A stretch of DNA of 62,990 nt, filler included, from Octopus bimaculoides (taxonomy: Eukaryota), in assembly GCF_001194135.2 (NCBI RefSeq). It is 5 parts of 4 records of this genome, joined end to end, with 100 filler letters (N's around TTAATTAATTAA, not from the genome) between each part and the next. Parts side by side here need not be neighbours in the genome. Positions count along the whole stretch, not along the records: positions 51,221 to 61,013 come from NC_068995.1; positions 61,114 to 62,990 come from NC_068983.1; 3 more parts are not named here. One strand, 5' to 3'. Shown in pieces: positions 53,361 to 62,990 of this stretch. Under the pieces are notes generated by a model. The model was not told where the DNA came from, did not search any database, and worked only from the letters and a program-made list of their open reading frames with translations. Positions within the stretch are counted from its first letter, which is position 1. Each line of letters starts with the position of its first letter. A program made the translations under genes and the position numbers.

Positions 53361-54789
53361 GTCCTTTTTATTGAATTGTCAATACAGAAATAACAATGTA
53401 ATATAATCATAGCTGTAAGATGTGCACACATCCATACAAATAATTGGGGGAGTAGTATTATAAATTGGGTGCTCCAGTATGGCCACAATTCTAACGACTG
53501 AAAACATCAAAATAATGAAGAATAAAACGAAGACGGTTTAGTAAATGCCTCTATTCAAAATGGCGTCTGTGTATGTATTAGTTTTGCTACAATTGGCCTC
53601 AGGAAGAAACGAGGTATGGCTGTGATAGCGGAGAAAATGAGGAAGAGAAAAAAATAGACGGAAACAGCTAAAGAGATACAATGTAAAGTGCTGTTGGTTT
53701 TCACCGATGAATATTTCACGGTCGAATAAAACAGATATTTCGTCCGGTTTCTCATTTCTCTTACGTTATAATCTGAACGAACGCAGAAAACCGAGTCTAA
53801 ATCGCCATTGCCTCCTGGAACAGTAAATGGCTAACGGGGCGGAGTTTAGTGTTAGACTAAGCGAAAGGATCAAATTTGGCGAGTCGGCCACTTGTTGACC
53901 TAGGTCAAACAGGGATCTGTACGTTAATATGTCCACATTTGCAAAATCGGTGAACGTGTGCGTGGGGTGTTCTTTCACTGTTACTTTTGCTTGTGCATAT
54001 ACGTGTGTCTCTAGTGTATGTTTAGGAACTTGAGCTTAAACGTAAATGAAAGATTCTATTTATTGGTTCGTGTCACTATTCATACATACGGTTATATGTT
54101 TATTTCACTGCTGATGTATAATATATGCGTGTATATATGGCTGTTTGCGTTAACATTTCTATGTCCGTGTGACAAGCCATATATATGCTTATGTAAATAC
54201 TTGAATCTATCAATCAGCTTTTATGTGGATATGTGTGTGTTTGTGTGTGTGTGCGTGTGTGTGTGTGAGCGTTGATGTATAAATACCCCTAGTACTGTAA
54301 GTGTTTCAAATGTTTCAATTTCTCTATGTAAATTCGTATGTGTGTGTTTTATATGTGAGTTTCTGAGTATGTGTTGACCCTGTCTCGTATAATTGGCATC
54401 AGATTTTATTCAACCAACAAAAGTCGTTATATTAAGCTGTTTCTTTGCTTTCGCTTATTTGTTCTTATCCCCACCACGTCTAACATTTTATTTCTCCTTC
54501 ATTCTATGTTGTGTCTCCAACACGACTTTTCTCTCTCTACCTCACAAATGCTGTCTTATCATTTCTTATTATTTCGTTAGTCTTCATGCATCGCTTGCTT
54601 CATTCTCAAGTCAATAACATTTAAAAGACAATCAACGTGACATAATGGAAGTATGTGTAAGTTCCTTTCACAAATGTTATGTAATACCATGGAATGTATG
54701 AAAGCTATTGCGTAGATACAGATATGATCGGCGTTTCAATGAATGAATGATCGTGTGTGTATATAGTAACGAAGAATAGGAGTTGTGTG

Positions 54790-54975
54790 AAATATTGGTT
54801 GCAATTTTGGCACAAGGTTTGCAGTTTTAAGGGAGTTACTTATTGTGTCGACTCCGAGAGACTGAAAGGCATTGTCGATGCTGGCGGAATTTGAACTCAG
54901 AACAAAAAAATGAGCGAAATGAAGTTAAACATATCTTACCCGGCTTGCTGATGATCCTGCCAGCTCACCGGCTTA
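54790..54975 (-). mobile_element. SINE family A, decayed (tail B type)
   Basis: aattttggcacaagg...gaaaggcattgtcgatgctggcggaatttgaactcag...gccagctcaccg. Confidence 0.78.
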
Positions 54976-54983
54976 AAATAATC

Positions 54984-55047
<64 letters not shown>

Positions 55048-55062
55048 GGACAAATAGATAGA
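54984..55062. repeat. (GATA)n microsatellite abutting the LINE 3' end
   Basis: Direct reading. Confidence 0.95.
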
Positions 55063-56211
55063 TTTCTTTATTAGCCACACAGGGCTCAACATAGATGGGA
55101 CAAATACGATGTAGAGCTTTTCTTTTTGGGAAGGGGAAGGAAAAAAAGATAGATAGATAGATAGATAGATATGTTTCTTTATTAGCCACACAGGGCTGAA
55201 TACAGAGGGGACAAGTTAGAAAGTAGAGCTTTTCTTTTGGGGAGGAGAAGGAAGGAAAAATAAAGGTGGAGTGTAGAAAAAAGACTAACAATCAATAGTG
55301 ATCGTGTATCACAGAAATGTCATGATGTAAAGTATAAAGGGGCAAACAGATTAGGTTTATCTGTGGGAAGAAAAGCCTACGAAAAGACCGCGGTAACCTT
55401 GGGGAATAATGTCATGCAGTGAAAGACATTACAGCTCGTGAATCACTTTTTAGCTTTTTTTTTCTGGTTCATAAGGTTATGCTCAAGGTGGCTCCATCAT
55501 TCACACGTGCTATCCTTGCTACATTCACCCATCTTTTCTTGAAGCATTCATTTGACAGAACTTCCCTCTCTACTCTTACCTTCCTCTTCATGTGATATTT
55601 GAAAAAGTTGATGAGAGATTCACCAGAGAGGAAAGTGTTTGTCTCTAGACCTTTCAGACGCGTCCACCATACACATTCTGTCGCCATAGACACAAGTACG
55701 ATGAAATTGGCTCTTCCCTATTGTTTCAAGGAAGGAGGTGCGACAATATTCACGATAGACTCGGCTGATAAACTGCCTCGTCCCACACGCAACAGCATTC
55801 GTTGGACATAAGCTCACAGGTCGGAAATGGTTGGACACTGCACGAGTGCGTGCAGAACGGTTTCGTCGGTCTGTCTGCATCTCTGGCAGGTCGGCCCCAT
55901 ACTTCTCGAACGATGCCTGTAGAGCTTATCCCGAACGGGTAGCTCTTCCCGATAGCACTGCCAGGCCAGGGATCTCTGGAAGTTGTCCATAGGTCCCGGC
56001 ACGAAGGTCGTCTTGAACCGGCGGGTCAGGTTCGCCCCGACATCGTTGTCGTACCTTCCCTCCACTAATCCCCTATAGAGTGCTTTGGTTGTGTTGAAGT
56101 CGCTCAAGGTCGATCCGGGACGGCATAGTTGCTGGAGAGCAACGCGACCCTCGCGGTGCCATTCGATCTTCCTCGGCCTCATTTTGATCCACGACTGCAG
56201 TTCGGTCATGG
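55063..56211 (-). mobile_element. Tx1/L1-like LINE 3' portion (zf-RVT region, ORF end, 3' UTR, duplicated 3' terminus)
   Basis: SLAWQCYREELPVRDKLYRH..TCQRCRQTDETVLHALVQCP is a CxxC..H..C zf-RVT-type motif. The ORF ends near 55469 (WVNVARIARVNDGATLSITL*), followed by a pyrimidine-rich 3' UTR ending AATAAAGAAA plus (TATC)n, present twice. Confidence 0.92.
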
Positions 56212-56957
56212 ATATATATATATATGCATATATATGTTTANNNNNNNNNNNNNNNNNNNNNNNNNNNNNNNNNNNNNNNNNNNNNNNNNNNNNNNNNNNN
56301 NNNNNNNNNNNNNNNNNNNNNNNNNNNNNNNNNNNNNNNNNNNNNNNNNNNNNNNNNNNNNNNNNNNNNNNNNNNNNNNNNNNNNNNNNNNNNNNNNNNN
56401 NNNNNNNNNNNNNNNNNNNNNNNNNNNNNNNNNNNNNNNNNNNNNNNNNNNNNNNNNNNNNNNNNNNNNNNNNNNNNNNNNNNNNNNNNNNNNNNNNNNN
56501 NNNNNNNNNNNNNNNNNNNNNNNNNNNNNNNNNNNNNNNNNNNNNNNNNNNNNNNNNNNNNNNNNNNNNNNNNNNNNNNNNNNNNNNNNNNNNNNNNNNN
56601 NNNNNNNNNNNNNNNNNNNNNNNNNNNNNNNNNNNNNNNNNNNNNNNNNNNNNNNNNNNNNNNNNNNNNNNNNNNNNNNNNNNNNNNNNNNNNNNNNNNN
56701 NNNNNNNNNNNNNNNNNNNNNNNNNNNNNNNNNNNNNNNNNNNNNNNNNNNNNNNNNNNNNNNNNNNNNNNNNNNNNNNNNNNNNNNNNNNNNNNNNNNN
56801 NNNNNNNNNNNNNNNNNNNNNNNNNNNNNNNNNNNNNNNNNNNNNNNNNNNNNNNNNNNNNNNNNNNNNNNNNNNNNNNNNNNNNNNNNNNNNNNNNNNN
56901 NNNNNNNNNNNNNNNNNNNNNNNNNNNNNNNNNNNNNNNNNNNNNNNNNNNNNNNNN

Positions 56958-56958
<1 letters not shown>

Positions 56959-57000
<42 letters not shown>

Positions 57001-57289
57001 TATATGCATATATGAATTCAGAGACAACGTAGCATAGGATACACACACAAATACACTCACACACATACACACGCACATATATAAGTATGCGTACATATGC
57101 ATATGTATATATGCGTGTATGTGTACACATTTATACACATCTTTGTGCACATATCTACATGTATATGGGTATATATCTCTATATATACACGTCCATATGT
57201 ATGTATGTATATATATATATATATATATATACATATATACATATATAAGCACACACATATATGTATATGTATAACACATATATATATAT

Positions 57290-57320
<31 letters not shown>

Positions 57321-57472
57321 AATATATATATAGATATATACATGCATATATATGTATATATATATATTTATATATGTATATATATATTTATATATACATA
57401 TATGTATATATATATATTTATATATATATATATATTCATATATACATATATGTATATATATATATTTATATA

Positions 57473-57563
<91 letters not shown>

Positions 57564-57995
57564 CTGTGTGTGTGTGTGTGTGTGTGTTTATACATATATA
57601 CATATTTATGTTGTTCTTTGATGAGTTTGTGTTTACCGCGTAACTGTATATGTCAGTATATTCAGATGCATGTATGGAATAATACATACCACATGCCAAT
57701 ATCTATAGAAGAAAACATTACGTATGTATATGTTAGATATCAACGTTTGCTCCTTGTTCGATAATGCACAGACACACACACTCACGCACACACAAATGTA
57801 CACAAGTACTTCTCAAACACGCGCAGAAAGCGTTTACCCACATATTCATGCACACACGCACACATACACACAGATATACATACATGCATACAGACACACA
57901 CACATACGTTTATATATATATAAATGCATATACATGCATATGATACACGTATGTATATAGATATATACATATATATATATATGTATACATACATG

Positions 57996-58062
<67 letters not shown>
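56959..58062. repeat. Dense (TA)n/(TG)n/(CA)n field with higher-order TA-rich units
   Basis: Direct reading. Units of roughly 38 bp recur at about 57345-57480. Confidence 0.93.
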
Positions 58063-59451
58063 NNNNNNNNNNNNNNNNNNNNNNNNNNNNNNNNNNNNNN
58101 NNNNNNNNNNNNNNNNNNNNNNNNNNNNNNNNNNNNNNNNNNNNNNNNNNNNNNNNNNNNNNNNNNNNNNNNNNNNNNNNNNNNNNNNNNNNNNNNNNNN
58201 NNNNNNNNNNNNNNNNNNNNNNNNNNNNNNNNNNNNNNNNNNNNNNNNNNNNNNNNNNNNNNNNNNNNNNNNNNNNNNNNNNNNNNNNNNNNNNNNNNNN
58301 NNNNNNNNNNNNNNNNNNNNNNNNNNNNNNNNNNNNNNNNNNNNNNNNNNNNNNNNNNNNNNNNNNNNNNNNNNNNNNNNNNNNNNNNNNNNNNNNNNNN
58401 NNNNNNNNNNNNNNNNNNNNNNNNNNNNNNNNNNNNNNNNNNNNNNNNNNNNNNNNNNNNNNNNNNNNNNNNNNNNNNNNNNNNNNNNNNNNNNNNNNNN
58501 NNNNNNNNNNNNNNNNNNNNNNNNNNNNNNNNNNNNNATATATATATATATATATGACTTCTTGTGTTTTAAGTGGAAAATATATAATAAAAATAACGCA
58601 TTTCTGTTATTAGAAGCTATGAATGTATTTTGTTTCCAGAGTCTGTATAATTAATTGAGTTGGAGGTGCAGTATAACCGAATGGCTAAGACGTTCGTTTT
58701 GCATTTATGAAACACATTATTACGAGTTCGATTCAGAGGAGAAACTGCTTCGGCAAATGTCATGAATGTATTTTGTTTCCAAAATACATGTACGCATATT
58801 GAAATCAATAGTACATGAAGGAGGTTGCGAAACGGTTGTAATCGTATGTGTATCATATGGGAAATTAAATAGTGTATATATACATATATATATAAAATTA
58901 ATTTACAAAGGTATCATTAATTCTATTATTATCCAATGTAACTATTTTAAGATATATATATATATACATATATATATCTTCATCTTTCATAGCTCCTGAT
59001 ACGTGTGTGTGTGTACGTTTATATATATGTGTGTATACCGATGTATCTATGGATGGATGAACGTATGCACACACACATATATATTTGTATATATGAATAA
59101 AATAATAAGGGTAGAAATTGATATAAATCAATTAAAACCAGTTGCTTAGCATATTTAAAAAATCGAAGATTAAAAATTATAATACATGCAAAATTAAGTG
59201 GAATGACCACTAAAGTGGACTCTTAATATGCTAAATATAGACGTCAAATCGCCTTTACCACAAAGAGTGTGTTCTCAAGAAAAATCTCTTCGTGGTAATG
59301 GTGACTAGACGTCTATATTTAGCACATTAGGAGTCCACTTTAGTGGCCATTCCTCTTAATTTTGTATTTGTATATATGTATATGTATATATATATCTACA
59401 CATATATATAGGCGTATATCTATCTATATATTTATCTATCTATCTATCTCG

Positions 59452-59521
<70 letters not shown>

Positions 59522-60172
59522 CTCTCTTCCTTCTTGAATCTTTCGTTGTTCACACGTGACCAGCGGCTATCGTTCGTTTTTCCTCTCGATTTTCAAGAGA
59601 TAAGACCTACTTTTGCTTGTTTCTTGAAATAGCACCTTTCTTCAGCGCTCACAACTTCACTTCGTTGTGGCTTAACAGCCCTCACCGTTTGTATTTACTA
59701 TCCTGCTTTTGTTACCACTTTAACCCTACGCAAAAATCCCAAATTTTATTTAATTTGCTTTGCAGGAAGGACTGTTTTAATGAAGTCGCGTCTTCGAGAC
59801 GCGGAATAGATAAAACAGGGGACAACTGATGAAGAGATTGTTCTTTATGTTGTCTGTCTCGTTTCTCTATTTGTTTCTTTCGTTGTCCGTAAAAAAGTTC
59901 GTTTTCCATATTTTTGTTTTTTTATGTTCTCGCTTTTCATTTTGTTCACGATTTTTTTTTTACGTTCTGTACCCATATATGCATGTGTATATANNNNNNN
60001 NNNNNNNNNNNNNNNNNNNNNNNNNNNNNNNNNNNNNNNNNNNNNNNNNNNNNNNNNNNNNNNNNNNNNNNNNNNNNNNNNNNNNNNNNNNNNNNNNNNN
60101 NNNNNNNNNNNNNNNNNNNNNNNNNNNNNNNNNNNNNNNNNNNNNNNNNNNNNNNNNNNNNATATATATTTA

Positions 60173-60222
<50 letters not shown>

Positions 60223-60839
60223 ATATGTACATAGATATTTGGATATATATATACATATATATATGTGTGTGTGTGTGTGTGTGTATGTGTGTGTGTGTGT
60301 GTGTTTGTGTGTATATATATATAATACGATCACAAAACTTACACAAGTTGAAATTTGATCACGGAAATAACGTACTTACGTATTTACGACTGTATTTTTA
60401 TTATTATATTAGCCTAAACCTCCATCACTCCTCCATTTGCGTAAACTTTTCCTCATATGTTCTTTCTTTCTCTCTCTCTGTCTCTTTTTCTACTTCCCAG
60501 TCTCTTCCTCACTCTGTCAATCTTTCCTTATACTTGTCTTTAATTTCATAATATTCCCCTAGATTTTAACTGTTCGTACATTATTTTAGCAATAATTACA
60601 TGAATTCTTTCTTTATTTCGACAAATAAATCTAAAGAGTAGTTATCAACATACCTTTGTATAAATCTTCAAAACTTAATCAGATTTGTTTGATCCGAACG
60701 AGCTTTCGATTTCATACATTGCCTGATATAATGCGTAGATACACGCATGCTTAGATATGTTCTCTTATTTGCTGAGACAGGACACACAATGAGTCGTAGA
60801 GAATATATATATGTGTGTGTGAGTGCGTATGTGCATATG

Positions 60840-60908
<69 letters not shown>

Positions 60909-62957
60909 TTAAATCGGACATATATACTATAGATATCTAAAGTTGTATATATATGTGCATATACGTATTCATATTTACACACAGACACACACACATAAAT
61001 ATATATATATATANNNNNNNNNNNNNNNNNNNNNNNNNNNNNNNNNNNNNNNNNNNNTTAATTAATTAANNNNNNNNNNNNNNNNNNNNNNNNNNNNNNN
61101 NNNNNNNNNNNNNTCTATATATACCCATATATATATATATATACATACATACACACAGAAAACACAGAGTTATTTATGTAACTATATAGTTATCATTATC
61201 AGTTCTTATTGATTTTCATAAATGTTTTTAGGCTTCTTAGAGATTTTATGATTGACCATTATAACAATTATATTGGTTATGGAAATCGTATCTGGTATTC
61301 TCAGGCCTACGGTGGAATATATTAATAACAATATATTCGATCAACCGAGAGTTATTTGATATATATATCCACTGACCTTTTTCGCTTGATGTCAGAGTAT
61401 TACTTATAAGAATCCGTTTGTGTCTGAATGGTTTGGGCACGAAATTACCTATCAGAGGAAAATAATTGACGATATCTCCGTTTCATTCTTAGCGTTCTAT
61501 AATTAGCTTCCTGAGATGAAACGCGAGTTCATTCATCTTTTTATGCATAGAAACATATATACGCATATGTACGCAAAATTATATATATATATATATACAT
61601 ATGTGTGTGTGTGTGTGTGTGTGTGTGTATAAGTATGTATATACATACATATATTTGAGTGTGTTTCCGTGTATATCTAGTTATATATGTGTATAGTCCA
61701 ACACAAATTGATGCATACACGGTCGTACACATATTAGTGCGTACAGGCGGAAAATCCTTTATATTTATGTGTGTGCTTGTGTGTTAAACCATATAGGCAT
61801 ATATTTATATTTACGCATGTGTGCGTTTATCAATTAGTAGTAGGAGAAGAGTCGGTGTTGTTTGCCTCTTTTTTGCTCCTATAGGTTGTTCGAATTAGTT
61901 TTGCTGATATAGTTTTTGAAGATCTCTACGACGATGTCTTCATAAGAAACGTGACTAGTGACAGAAGTTCAGAGTTTGCTCCACAAAGAATTAAACATTA
62001 CACAAATTATTTAGAATAGAATGTGTTGGGTGATATACATTCATGATTGTAAGAAAGACAATACCATCAAAGAAAGAGATGTTACGCAGCTGGCTAATAC
62101 AGGGAAACTACGGATATATTAGTACATTTTGAAGCATAGAACACGGTAAGTGTTTAAGTAGGCCCTTGGCTGTAATGTGTTGCTGAAATGGGCTTTCTAA
62201 AACAGCTGTATGTACTTGTGGAGGATACAGTCTTGGATATTTACGTGCATCTTGAGCGATATGTGAATAGAAAATTACTGTTGATTTGACATGACGTTTG
62301 TAAACGGTGAGCAAGTATTGTCTAAACACGAAGATAGTTTCGAATATGGGAAATACGGTTTGGGTAATGTATGTGTTACGTCACTCGGAGTAATCCTCAC
62401 ATATGACAAAACCTATCATTTACATACGCGTAAATAACTTATAAATATATTGCTATTGTTAAAGATAATTTGTTTTCCAATTTCACTGCGAACCTTCTTT
62501 CCGTAACTTCCTTTATTGAGCAGCACGAGTTGACATAGCTTCTACAGAACAAGGATAACAAAAGCGATGTGTTATTCGTATAACAGTCTATATTTTAAGA
62601 AGAAATCGTACGATAGATATGTAAAGAAGAAAATACGTTTGTGACGTAAATGCTTCGCGGCTTACACGTTTGCTACAACAATGTGCTTTCATCACAAAGC
62701 ATCTCAGTGAAGACGGATGAGTTTTTTTCTTGTTGGAGGTGATTATTATGTAGACACACAAATGTTTTCTGATATCAATAAATCATACAGATACTCATAT
62801 ATAGACACATATACATAATACATGCATACATACTTACGCACATACATACATACATATATACCTTACATACATACATACATATGCATGAGAATGTATGTTT
62901 GTTACTTTGTATGTATATGCTCACCAACTCTATAATCATCAATACGGACTTGCAGAT

Positions 62958-62990
<33 letters not shown>

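Noticed and set aside
55814-57130. 438-aa ORF, and other long ORFs spanning N runs
   Set aside because: The length comes from untranslatable gap bases and microsatellites; only the 55814-56210 LINE part is real coding remnant.

Overview
AT-rich, repeat-saturated animal genomic DNA, most likely intronic or intergenic. It is probably from an octopod cephalopod such as Octopus; this is an inference from the microsatellite load and the look of the SINE/LINE families, not a database result. No intact host gene or recognisable host exon was found, and most of the supplied ORFs are microsatellite or gap artefacts. The recognisable content is decayed transposons: three R4/Dong-like restriction-like-endonuclease (RLE) non-LTR retrotransposon fragments, all embedded in (CATA)n; two Tx1/L1-like ORF2 fragments; a Tx1/L1-like ORF1-only element; three RTE-clade LINE fragments, one ending in two C2H2 fingers; a hAT (Buster/Charlie-like) transposase relic; a mariner MITE; and many copies of two tRNA-derived SINE families. 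Best leads: (1) the Tx1/L1-like LINE 3' end at 55.06-55.22 kb shares about 40 nt and a stem-loop with one SINE tail, pointing to a SINE-LINE partnership; (2) the R4-like elements appear to target (CATA)n; (3) a possible HAL1-like ORF1-only element; (4) several long palindromes sitting in (TA)n; (5) a clean template-switch inversion at 9.6 kb. Four 100-nt gaps carry an artificial TTAATTAATTAA pad.
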